Assembly (NCBI RefSeq): GCF_964355755.1
Contig: NC_092678.1
Coordinates: forward strand, 4,232,422 to 4,296,421
Length of the DNA: 64,000 nt
Direction of reading: 5' to 3'
DNA from: Antedon mediterranea
Taxonomy: Eukaryota > Animalia > Echinodermata
The position numbers and the translations under genes are program-made. A model generated the notes under the pieces. It ran no database searches. It was given only the letters and a program-made list of their open reading frames with translations, and was not told where the DNA came from. Shown here in pieces: positions 1-17,618 of this stretch (positions within the stretch are counted from its first letter, which is position 1; each line of letters opens with the position of its first letter).

Positions 1-427
1 ATATTGATTATAAAGCTTTTATTTGTTTGCATATTTTAGTGTTTATTATTCTGTTTCTATTTTTTTTAGGCTTCAGGAAGAAGCTGAGCATTTCATCAGC
101 CAAGGAGTGTAGGCCCCTGAAATGGACAAGTTTTTATATAAGATTTATGTTACTAAAATATTGCTCGTTTAATGATGAATCTTCAATTCCAGAGTAAGAA
201 TTAAAAATAGGATTTAGCATGGGGTATCACTAAAGATGGTGAAATTTCCCTTTTATTTATTCATGATACTGTAAGATTTTTAGTCGGTCGGTCTGTCTGT
301 CGGTCCGGTATCACTATGCATTGTAGCACGCGACTTAATGGCTGTTGGCCTTGTTACTATAAAGAAACATGTATAAATGCCACAATGTGTATCAAAATTG
401 CTGATTAGTCTACTAGGCCTCTTTAAG
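1..427. repeat. Rearranged local duplication: 1-119 is an inverted copy of 2866-2987; 120-427 is a direct copy of 3281-3513 with a ~75-bp insertion
   Basis: Aligned by eye: TTTTAGGCTTCAGGAAGAAGCTGAG..CAAGGAGTG matches the reverse complement of ~2878-2921; AGATTTATGTTACTAAAATATTGCTCG...AGGCCTCTTTAAG matches 3302-3513. Confidence 0.9.
281..355 (+). mobile_element. Short Helentron/DINE-1-like (HINE) non-autonomous insertion
   Basis: Absent from the paralogous copy at ~3440; inserted in a T run with no TSD; sub-terminal AGTCG/CGACT, (GTCG/GTCT)n microsatellite and a 3' hairpin ending GGCCTTGTT. Confidence 0.6.
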
Positions 428-745
428 ATTAATTATTATAATGCAACAAAATAATCAAATATTTCATTCTTGTACAATACAAGGTTTAAAAGTAAACATA
501 CTGTATATATGCAGAGACAAATAATGGCACAATTGGTGCTCATATGGATAGATGAAGCATTTAGTTTGAAAGCAGAAGAAGTCTATCTGTATATATATTT
601 ATGAAAGCCTAGACTACGACAATTAAAAGCGGCAATTCTTTGTAAAACTAAAAGTCCTTTATTGTAAATAGCATTCATGTATAATTTAAATGTTCGACGA
701 TAACTCTATACTGTAATAATTTTTTATAATTTTAAAAGTATTTTA

Positions 746-1028
746 ACATTAGCCTATTAACCGTATTTTATCATTGGCCTATTAACTGAATTTTATCATT
801 GGCCTATTAACTGTATTTTGTCATTGGCCTATTAACTGTATTTTATCATTGGCCTATTAACTGTATTTTATCATTGGCCTATTAACTGTATTTTATCATT
901 GGCCTATTAACTGTATTTTATCATTGGCCTATTAACTGTATTTTATCATTGGCCTATTAACTGTATTTTATCATTGGCCTATTAACTGTATTTTATCATT
1001 GGCCTATTAACTGTATTTTATCATTGGC
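746..1028. repeat. Minisatellite, 25-bp unit TCATTGGCCTATTAACTGTATTTTA, ~11 copies
   Basis: Near-identical units start every 25 bp (771, 796, 821 ... 1021). Confidence 0.97.
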
Positions 1029-1945
1029 ATCTCCAACGTTGATGGACGCTCATGAAGCCTTAAATGTGATACAATGGGTCGCATGGGTACAGTATCCACG
1101 ATATAAATTATTTTTATTATTCGTACATTGACTGTACATATAACATACAGTATGTTAATGATAAACTCATTTATGCAATGCAGGTTCCGAAGATCTATTC
1201 CATTTCCTTTTTTTACATTTCTGGTGATCATAGCATTTGTGTAATTTTATGTAATTTTCTTTACAGTTTTATTGTCATAATTATGCAAATCAAAAGGAAT
1301 TTCCATTTAAGTGGACTAATAAAATGTCTTGAATATGTAAAAATACCTTCTTAAAATATTTGGGATGGGGGCGGGGATGGGGGAAGAACATTACCTTGTG
1401 AATACATGCTGTATATACTTTATATGTTTAAATTTACTGTTATATTTAGTTTATTCATGGTTTTATGACATAAAATTTGTATTATTGAGAGACAATATCG
1501 TAATAAGACAATTAATCAATATGTAGGCTAGGCCTAAGTGATAATTTTCATTGCTTTACAACAGCTGGGTCAGGCTTGAATTATTCTTTTGCATTGTAGC
1601 ATAGGAATGTAGTATAACAATGTCGTAATACACATTTTGTGATATCAGCCTTGTGACTTAATTTATAAATGAGTTGAAATTCACAACTGTAGAGGGCTGT
1701 GTTTTTGGTGTTGGATCTTGTGATTGGAAGAATAATATTTATAATGGCATATTCTGTAGAAAAAGCTATTTCCATTCATCCACAATGTCTAGGCATATGC
1801 CTCCATTTTGTATATAGGCCTATACAAGGAAGCCTAGAAAAGCATGCAAAAAAATGCATGCACAAGAAAAGGAAAAGAAATTAGAGAGGAGAGTGTGCAT
1901 CTCAAAAAAATAAATACAAAATAAATAAACAAAATTAAACAAAAT

Positions 1946-2915
1946 TTACCATGTTGCTTCATATCGAACTGGTGGCCGACTCCTTCTCCCGGATCTAGTT
2001 CTGTAAACCGTGGCTGCCAGAGCCGGGGGTGTCACCACAGCCGGAGGCACAACCGTGGCCAGAGGTACCATCACTGCCGGAGGCCCCACCACAACGGGTG
2101 CGGCAGGGACCTCTGGAGGAGCGGGTACTTCTGGTTGGGCTGGCACATCCAGTGCGGCAGACACCTCATCCTCATCATCACTGATGACGACCGGACAGTC
2201 ATCTGTGATTAGAACCGGTTCATCCTCCATAATGACTACCGGTTCATCATCATCACTAATAAGAACTGGTTCTTCATCAATGATTCGCACCGGTTCATCA
2301 TCATCATCACTAATGACTACCGGTGCGTAATCAACGATTTGAACCAGTTCATTATTCCATCTCCAACCGACCGGTCGATCATCAATGAAGACAGCCGGAT
2401 TATCATCCACAGGTTCACCATACATTTCATAAATTTCTTCCCTTCTTGGTAAATTATCTCTATCCAGTGGACCTAAACGCCTGTGCCATCCTTCTAGGAA
2501 GTACCAATTAAATCCATATGGAACACACCTACGATCAACATAATCAGGATAATCAACTAAAGGATAAAAAACAGGTTCAGGCACAGGAAATAAAAATACA
2601 GGTGGACGGATTCGGGGTAAATTTGGTGATGCTGGTGGTGATCGTGGGGGAGATGCTGGTGGTGGTGGAGATGCTGGTGGTGGTGGAGATGCTGGTGGTG
2701 GTGGAGATGCTGGTGGAGAGGGAGATGCTGGTGGAGAGGGAGATGCTGGTGGTGGTGCTGGTCGGGGTGGTTGTGCTGGGGAGTGGTGGACAACTCTTGG
2801 ATTTCGGCCAAAAGGATGAAATCTACGACACCTTCTTGATCTTGAACGTGGTTCAGAATTTGCTCCAGAGGCCTTCACTCCTTGGCTGATGAAATTCTCA
2901 GCTTCTTCCTGAAGC
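1946..2915 (-). CDS. Orphan terminal coding exon: basic N-part, (PPASP)n tract, six SIM-like motifs, C-terminal YRTRSGRRSRPPVRY
   Basis: 970-nt open GC-rich exon behind a strong acceptor (TTTTTTTAG|G at 2916/2915); stop at 1946; upstream exon/start not identified; the ORF-track ATG at 2956 lies in intron-like sequence. Confidence 0.6.
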
Positions 2916-3513
2916 CTAAAAAAAACAGAAACAGAATAATAAATACAAATATGCAAACAAATATAATATACATATTATAATCAATATTGATCTATTATAT
3001 GAAATTGGTTAATCAAAAATTGTCGTCTATTATGCTTTATCTAATGATAATAGAATAAAGTGCCAGTGGATACAGACTTCACCTTTAGTTCAGAGGGCAC
3101 AAGATTATTTTATTTTATTTTGTTCAAAAGGCCTACCTTATTATTTTATTTGGTATAAAAAAATAATTTACACTAGGTATATATTATATATAAATCGGGC
3201 ATAGAGAAACACTACAAGTGACCCGGACCATGTATGTATGTATTTGCTAGTTTTATGGAGTAATCATTGATGTACTGTACAAATGAACAAGTTTTTATAT
3301 AAGATTTATGTTACTAAAATATTGCTCGTTTAATGATGAATCTTCAATTCCAGAGTAAGAATTAAAAATAGCATTTAGCATGGGGTATCACTAAAGATGG
3401 TGAAATTTCCCTTTTATTTATTCATGATACTGTAAGAGATTTTTACTATAAAAAAACATGTATAAATGCCACAATGTGTATCAAAATTGCTGATTAGTCT
3501 AGGCCTCTTTAAG

Positions 3514-4650
3514 CTAAAGCAAACCGATGAATTCGTCAACAATTTTGTCATGCAAATAAAAGAGAAATCTGCGTTGTGTAAATTCAATGACGTAGAATCA
3601 GAAGGATGGTTGATCGAAGCGCTAATAGTAGGTGTCGCATCTAACATAATACAGTGAGAATTGTTAGGAAAAGATTAAAAATTAAAACTCATTGAAGAAA
3701 TTGATATGGCTAAGTGACACAAAGCTACTGTGCACCACATGGATCATTTTAGAAAACTTAATAATGGACATTTAACACCATCATGTGTGAATGCAAAGAA
3801 CATTGTCCGGCTGCAAAATCCAAATGTAGGAAATGTTGTAAAATTAGTCATTGGATATCAAAGTGTCATTCATCGAACAACCAAGGGACGACAAACAAAA
3901 AACATTTTAGACAACATGGTCGGTGGAACATATAGAATGTGTGAAGAGTTTGAAAACTTGGACTTGGACTGGTGAAATTGAAATTATTATTATGTACACT
4001 CCTCCTGTATAAGAAATGACAAAACTAAAGCAGAAAGTATAATTAATATTAAGTTACAAAATAGAAGGGGTAAGCTATGTACATTAAGAGGAAAGTTAGA
4101 TTCAGGTGCTGAAGTAAATGTTAGGATTTTTAGGGAAATGTTTCCAGATATGTACGGGTTACCATTGCAAAATTGCAAGTTCCTTAAGATATACAAAGCT
4201 AAGAGCATATAATAACACCACTATCCCAAGCTATGGGTATGTTGAAATTGAATGTGAATATAATGGGAAGTGGGCTATCGCAGAGGCAGAATACGCCCTG
4301 TTTGGACTACCTATCAAGTTATGCTTAAATACAATAAATACCATCGAAGGTTGGCACAGAGAATTGCCTGGTACTAGAGAGGCATTATTGGCCAAGTACC
4401 CAAAGCAGTTAAAGGTATAGGTAGATTTTCAGGTGAATTTCATATAACCTTGAAGGAAAATGCACAACTAGGTGTACAACCCCAGAAAGTATCCTATCAA
4501 TATTAAAGATGATATAGAAGAGTTGGATAGAATGGAGAAAATTGGTGTAATTTCTAAGGTCACTGAATCTACTGATTGCTTTAAGCAGAAAGAGTAATGT
4601 TAAACTGCGTATATGTCTAGATTCATCTAAATTAAATAAGGTTCCAAAAC
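3514..4650 (+). mobile_element. Degenerate Ty3/Gypsy LTR retrotransposon gag-pol remnant
   Basis: Gag-like KQTDEFVNNFVMQIKEKSALCKF..LIEALIVGV; zinc knuckle CPAAKSKCRKCCKISHWISKC (~3804-3866); aspartic protease LDSGAEVNV (~4096-4122); RT start ELDRMEKIGVISKV..KLRICLD; many stops and frameshifts, no LTRs seen. Confidence 0.88.
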
Positions 4651-4972
4651 ACACTGAGGTTGCAGCGACTAAAATTACATTATTATGCAGCCATAAGATT
4701 ATAAAGTTACGTATACAAAATGATGTTTGAACTCGATACCGAGTCCCGCAATCGATATAGATAGATAGAAAGACCAGGAGTGGGCGAACAGATCACTTAA
4801 CTGAATCAGAAAAGTAGGTGATGATTGTGTTCACATTTTAATATGTTATTTGAAATAAATAGGAATATGAACAGATTCTTCTGAATCTTATATTAATGTT
4901 CTATTGTGAACATAATATATATTATGGCAGCACTTGCCAGTTCTTATACTATGATGTTATCCAAATTCCTTC

Positions 4973-5085
4973 ACTTGCACTGATGAAGGCTAGTGTTGCC
5001 CGAAAGCTCTGCTAACTTTTCTGGTTGTTTTACTTTATTGTTTTGATTTAGCTTTTTTTTCGTATCTCCATTGAGTTCTAGCCAC
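4973..5085 (+). mobile_element. Penelope-like element terminal-repeat fragment with a minimal hammerhead ribozyme motif (copy 1)
   Basis: GCA-CTGATGA-(A)GGC-TAGTGTT-GCC(C)-GAAA-GC-TC-TGC at 4977-5012; whole segment repeated at 40898-41006. Confidence 0.65.
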
Positions 5086-5204
5086 TAATATGTAACTTTA
5101 TTTTGAAGTTTCATTTAACTCTGACTATATCATTTTTGTGTAAAATTTAAAAATAAAAACTAATATTGATTCATTGTGTGTGTGTGTGTCAAATTGAAAA
5201 TTAT

Positions 5205-6886
5205 AACTAGACATGAAACTAGTCACTTTGACGAGTTAGTTATCCGCTCGACAAACGTCATGTGCACGTCATACGTTGGAATGTTGCACACATAAAAAGA
5301 TTATGGCATTATGACCTGAACTGAAGAATATGATATGTTGTTAGTGCTAAATTCTGTCTATTTTGTGTCATAGTCATATAAAGTTTACAGTACACAGTAT
5401 AATCTGTATACATATTACATACAGTGTAGAATAGGCCAAATTACGGGAAGTGCCATTTATTCCAATTTTTAACATGGTGACGGTATCAAAATGAAACACG
5501 AAGATGGCAATTTGGAAAGAAATTATCTCAGCAAAAACATATTAACGTGTAGAAGAAATTTGAACACGTGAAATATGGATGTGCGCTATTTGAAATGTGA
5601 TGAACTAAAATGCAAAATATGAAAATACGACTTTTTTTATTCAACTGGCCATATGATAATGTCACAACCTCTGATTGGCAAAATGTTAAATGAATTTGTA
5701 TCTATAATCCAATAGCTTCCAGAAAATGTTTTAATCATGATTATCACTTTTTATTCTGACGAGCTATAACAGATCGAAATTTACTGTAAAGCTGAAAATA
5801 AGTGACCAACATTATTAACACTTTTAGACATGATGACGTCATAAAAATTAAAATATTTTTAACTCATGCGAAAGATAGTTGATTAACGTCGACAATATTA
5901 AAATCATGCGGGGAAATGGAATACGTATAAGCGAGATGCGCTCTGTTGAATGTGATGAGCAATAACGAAAGAGACAAAAATTCTATATTTTACATTCGTC
6001 TGGCCATACGATGACGTCACAATGTCCGGTTAGCCATATTGATTTATGATCCGATATCTACAACTCATCACCTTCCAGAATATGTAATTTTAAAAAAGTT
6101 CACCTCGTGGTTTAGAATCTATGACTGTTTAAAAAAAGGCATAATTTTGACAAATTTTTGAACTTTTTCATCAAAAACGCACATAAAGTATCCAATTCAA
6201 CGTGCCCGTATGACGTAATTGTAAGTTGAAATTGTTTTAAAATTGGTAAAATTACTATAAAAGGCTGGAAAAACATATAAAAAAAAATACTTTTAGCGCT
6301 ACGTGTGCACCACGCGCATAAAATTGTTCGCGCGCTCAAAATGTCATGATCAGCGTAGAAAGTTGATTAAAAATTAATTTTGAATTTTAAATGCGCGTGC
6401 GCGCGTAACTTTGTGTAAAACACGCAATTTTTTTTCCACAGAAAGTTAGCGCATGATATAAATTAAACTTTTGCTAAGTTTCAATTTAAATTGTTATATG
6501 GTTTTAAATCTATGTTAAATACGCGAAATTCATAAAATCGCGCGTAAGTCACGTTGCGCAACTCTGACGTCATTCAAAAATAGGAGGTGCACAACTTCAC
6601 GTAAATGTCCATATGCAGACAAAGTTATGAAATGTTATGTTTACAAGTTTTTGAGATACGCGAGACACAAAAATGAGGGAGAAAGAAAGAAGAAGAAAAA
6701 AAAGTAACAGGACGATTACAAGGAGTTATCCGCTGAATGCGGATAACTAATAAAGAAGATGAAAAAAAAAAAGATATTTACAATAACAAGGGTTATCCTC
6801 AACTTCAAAAGTTGCGGATAACCCAAAAAAAAAAAAAGCAACAGGACAATTACAAGGAGTTATCCGCTACTAAGCGGATAACTAAT
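5205..6886 (-). mobile_element. Long non-autonomous Helentron/HINE-like element with a triplicated hairpin end
   Basis: TTAGTTATCCGC at 5236-5247 is inverted to GCGGATAACTAA at 6739-6750 and 6874-6885; AACTAG..CTAGT stem-loop at 5205-5223; GAA-rich tract near 6680-6700; no coding capacity. Confidence 0.6.
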
Positions 6887-9800
6887 TATGAGCCTACATA
6901 TTACTGTGCCGGTAACCGCATATTGCGGTTTTGCCGTTCCATGGATATTGGTCGACCTGACTATGGAGGTATACCTCCATGACCTGATCATAGTACCATG
7001 TGAGTATCGCCAGAGCTTAAGTAAAAAAGAGCCTCACGTCACGCCGTCACAGCCTACTAACTAGCTAAGGCCAGAAGAAGTCTTACTGAATTAAATTTAC
7101 TCATGTTATTAAAGGCCTACACAATTACATGTTACTAAAACAGCTGAAAAGCCTACTAACTAAGGTGCTACTCACAGGCGAAGCCTTCGCAACCTTCTTG
7201 TGGACATTGTTTTTTTTTTAGCCTATAACTGATAGTATGATTTATAAGGAAAGAGGTGCGCGGGCTAATTCGACGTGGTTTTATAGACATGGAAATCAAT
7301 GAAGCGTAACATCACCTGCAACATTATGCATATCATGTATGATTGAAGACCAATCAAAATAGAGATTGAAACAACTAACCCTCTCATTATTCTATTTGTT
7401 TATTTATGCTATTTATTAATTCTGCTCTTCATAGAAGTTGCATTACACAGTAAATGGTGCTACCCGCTATGTCAGGAAAGAATAGGCCTACCTCGTTTTG
7501 AATGAGTTTCGTGCTAAGAACCATCGAAAAACGTACTCTACTTCAAATGTATATGAATTATAAAAAATACAGTCCCAACAACGCAGCAATAGTCAGTGCG
7601 TTGCAAGCAAATTATAAATGAATCCAAAATACCATAACCACTTCTTGCAGATTGTAAAATGAAAGTGACTAAGGAGCGCGTATGGTTCGACAGTGCACAT
7701 GTAAAGTGAACAAATGTATAAATAAATAATAAATGTTTTAAATTATAGGTGGAATAAAATAATTGTAGGCCTATGAGTATTTGGACTTCTTATAATGTCT
7801 AAATATAATACTAATTTACTTCATAATTATAGTGTTTCGAGTGTTTGATTTGTTAAGCAATAATGGTGCAATTTTGCGTGCAGCGGCGGCTTTTTATTAT
7901 CTTAACTAATTTTAAGCCGTACGTCAAAACTACAAGACGGATCATTATCACGATTCCAGATTCCGGTGGTGGGGTGGGGGGGGGGGGGGGAGCATTTCTC
8001 GTATAAAATGGAATTATACAAATATGCACACAAAAGAAACCTATTATATGAAAAATATATCGGTATATATTTAATTTTTTTTAAATGATTTAAAAGGTCA
8101 TGGTCACAATCCAAAAAAACAAATTACTAATTACTCATTGTCTAAACAGGTAAGTTTCCATCAGAAAATGTGTTGAACTTAGGTTCATAGTGCAACAAAA
8201 TAAAAATATAAAGTATTATTACGAATAAAAAAAATAGATAAAATATTTTTTTAAAAATAATAATGATGATGGAAAAAAAGATCCCTAGCTGGATTTGAAC
8301 GAGGGATATCAACTGTGAAAGGCTGGATACATAACCATTACACCAAACTCTCACTCACAACGCCGTAGTGAAATTAGCCTAATCACTCAAAGCCTCAAGA
8401 CACAAAAATAAAAAATACATATATTTTTGGGGAAATTTTTAAATACCGGAATGTCATAGTAGGCAGATTATGTACTCTTCTAGTTCATTATTTATTTAAT
8501 CCTTCTTAATATTTACATAACAAATTAAAAATTAATTTGGGAGACCAGTGTCAACTATTATTATTAATATTTAAAAACTGATTTTCGCTTATTTAATTGA
8601 ATTGATATCTAAAATGGGGAGGGTCCCACTTTGTTTGCTTAAATCAATTTTATTTGTTGATATAAAGTTTGCGGTACACCACGTATATTAGTTTTGAAAA
8701 GAACTGATGAGTTTCTCGACGTTTTGATCAATATGCTTCAATTGTCCTCAGGAGTTTTTATTATTATTTGTCATTATCATTTTGAAATGTGATATGTACA
8801 AAGAAATTGTCATTGTCAACATAAGTGAACTAAATCACTGCAGTAGCTGAGCCAAACCGAGCTGACAACAAAACATGACCGGGGAATAATGTGAAGCGCT
8901 TAGAAGCATTGTGTAATGAGCGTTGTGTTGAACTATGTCTATATACACTATCAAAAACATGATGATGTTATATCACTACCATATTTAGGCTAAGCATATC
9001 ACTACCATATTTGGCCACATCACACCTTTTTGTCAAACTAGTATAGACAGCAGAGCTTAAGGATGATTATTATTATCCTTCAACCTTTAGAATGAGTCAA
9101 TCGAGACTCCTGTTTTTGGAGTTGTTTCAGATTTAATTATGTGTTTTAACTAATTTAAATGGACAGTGTGCCACGCGTGGACAGTGTGCCTATGATTTTG
9201 TATGCGCAATTTGAACGATTTGTGCAATTTGAAAAGAAAGGATCGGAACTTGCATAGCAAAACTTACTTAAAACAAAAGCCTAAAAATGATTATTTTCAT
9301 CATTAAAATCAAATTCATTATTAAGCTAAATATCCGCTTGAACTGAACTGAACTTTATTGTATCTCTTTGATATCAGAGGCACAGTCTCAATGAGATGTG
9401 CAACAAGTATACAGTACCTTTTAAAAAAAAAGACAGAAAAACAAATTACAAAATATTTACAGAGTATGCTTTGTCATGACAAACCACTGAAAAAGTTGAG
9501 ATCTTCAAATATTAACTTGTATATTAAAAAAAACAAAAAAACAATTATTAAAATAAGCTGAGAAAGATTAAAAACTAAGAACTTATGTACACAATTAAGT
9601 TTGAGAAGGAATTATATTAAAGATATCATTTCGTGTGTTGCATGTTTTTCGAAAATATTACTTGCTAATTCATATTTATCATGGGTTAATTGAATTGGTG
9701 TAACTTTTAATTCATTGTGGATTTCAAGATCATCAAGGAATAAGTGGTATTTAATATCTAGAAGTAGTAAACAATTCCCAATTTGAAGTGACAGATAACA

Positions 9801-10423
9801 CAGCACAATAATTCCCTTCTGATTTATCTGTCACGGATTGTTTAAACAAACTAAAATGATGCAACATTAATTTATTTAGGTTAAATGCCTAATTTAAAAT
9901 TAGTCATTAGACACGGGTACAAAAACGTTCTACTTTTAATATAGACAGTTATTGTTTATCCCCAAATTCAAAGAAATTAATCCGCATAAAAATAGAACGA
10001 TGCTGATGTCATGGCATTCAAAGAATCATAGCCCATTTTCCTTTTACTACTTTTATTGATATCCCCTGCATTGTAATGAATTTATGAATATTTTCCATAA
10101 AAACAATAGTGACTGTGAATTCAATAGGAAAATTACAAAACATCAGGATTTTCAAACGTGTGTGTAAGCCTATTTGCGGGGTACGTAAGCCTCCAGAAAC
10201 CACATTTTCACGTAATAACCTTTATGTTTTGTCTGGTCTTTTATGCGACAGCAGAATTTGAATGAAATTACAAGAAGAAGAGTGACAGAAAGACAGAAAA
10301 GAACAAAGCAGCAACGGATTGATTTGCGACGACAAGATGTCTTCAGGACATGGGTATAATCCAACGCCTAAAATATCCTTTGAAATTAAATCTTTGATTT
10401 CAACCCCAACATGCCTTTAGTTT

Positions 10424-10460
10424 GATTGGTAGATGTGAATGACATGAACCTTATATAAAA
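10424..10460 (+). promoter_or_regulatory. CCAAT box (ATTGG) and TATA box upstream of subtilase 1
   Basis: ATTGG at 10424-10428 and TATATAAAA at 10452-10460, ~65-70 bp before the ATG; the same arrangement precedes paralog 2. Confidence 0.6.
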
Positions 10461-10523
10461 TGATCCAACGTTACACCATGCTCATAGGATCCGCCATCAA
10501 CAACTAGTTAGCAGTACGTCAAA

Positions 10524-13679
<3,156 letters not shown>

Positions 13680-14277
13680 CCTTTCATGCAGCTTTTTAAC
13701 AAACCAAGGAACCTTTATCAGCACCTCAACAAAGTCACGAATATGATGAACGGTGGAATGCCCGAGAGTTTTTTTTTTACTGTCGAATTGACATAAGTAC
13801 AATACCCAGAATACACTTTAATTAAGCTATAATTCATTACCGATTAGACATTAGTTATCACAAAGTTGATAAAGAAATAATAAATCTGAAAATGGATAGA
13901 ACGCATGTCTCTGTGTATTTCTTTAAAATCAATGCTCAGTAATAATAATACAACTATTGTTTAAAGATGTCCTTTGGTAAAATAGTTATAAAATGACATC
14001 ACAGAATTGAAAATTCTCATTTAAGACAAACATACAAATGAAAGACGGAAGTACTTAGCAAAGAATATAAAAGACAAAAGGCACTCAACAAAACATGACG
14101 GGATATATAAATACATCAAACATCGGGCATCATATCTACATTTACTTTGTGGCTCAATAAAAGTTACAGTATCTTATCTCGTGTGGTGAAACTAATTCGC
14201 TATAATAAAATACCATAAAACTCACTGAAGCTACACCGGATACAAACACTTAGATAATATTTAAATATCATATCAAA

Positions 14278-14386
14278 ATTGGTAACACACTTATTATTTT
14301 GTGATTGGTCCACAAATATTGGCAACACACTTATTATTTTATGACTGGTCCACCGAAGAACACGAAGCCCAAAGCACCTATATAAA
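14278..14386 (+). promoter_or_regulatory. Promoter of subtilase 2: 40-bp tandem duplication with CCAAT boxes, plus TATA box
   Basis: ATTGG(T/C)AACACACTTATTATTTT(G/A)TGA(T/C)TGGTCCAC occurs twice (14278-14353); TATATAAA at 14379-14386. Confidence 0.6.
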
Positions 14387-14439
14387 TAATCCACACAACA
14401 CCAATACAAGACAAGTTGCACGTCCAACAAGTTAAAAAT

Positions 14440-17618
<3,179 letters not shown>

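Noticed and set aside
746-1028. Regular 25-bp array as a CRISPR
   Set aside because: Head-to-tail units without spacers, eukaryotic context and no cas genes; it is a minisatellite.
2010-2889. ORFs 2010-2330 (+), 2518-2889 (+) and 2557-2811 (-)
   Set aside because: Shadow frames of the repetitive minus-strand exon 1946-2915.
5756-5780. CTGACGA...GAAA as a hammerhead
   Set aside because: Helix II pairs poorly and no helix I is evident; it lies inside the HINE-like element.
6700-6886. Three palindromic repeats with spacers as a CRISPR array or terminators
   Set aside because: Spacers are low-complexity A/GAA tracts, and the repeats match a distant sub-TIR, which fits transposon ends.
8280-8353. 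tRNA-like sequence on the minus strand
   Set aside because: Only degenerate A/B boxes and no cloverleaf; probably an old SINE head.
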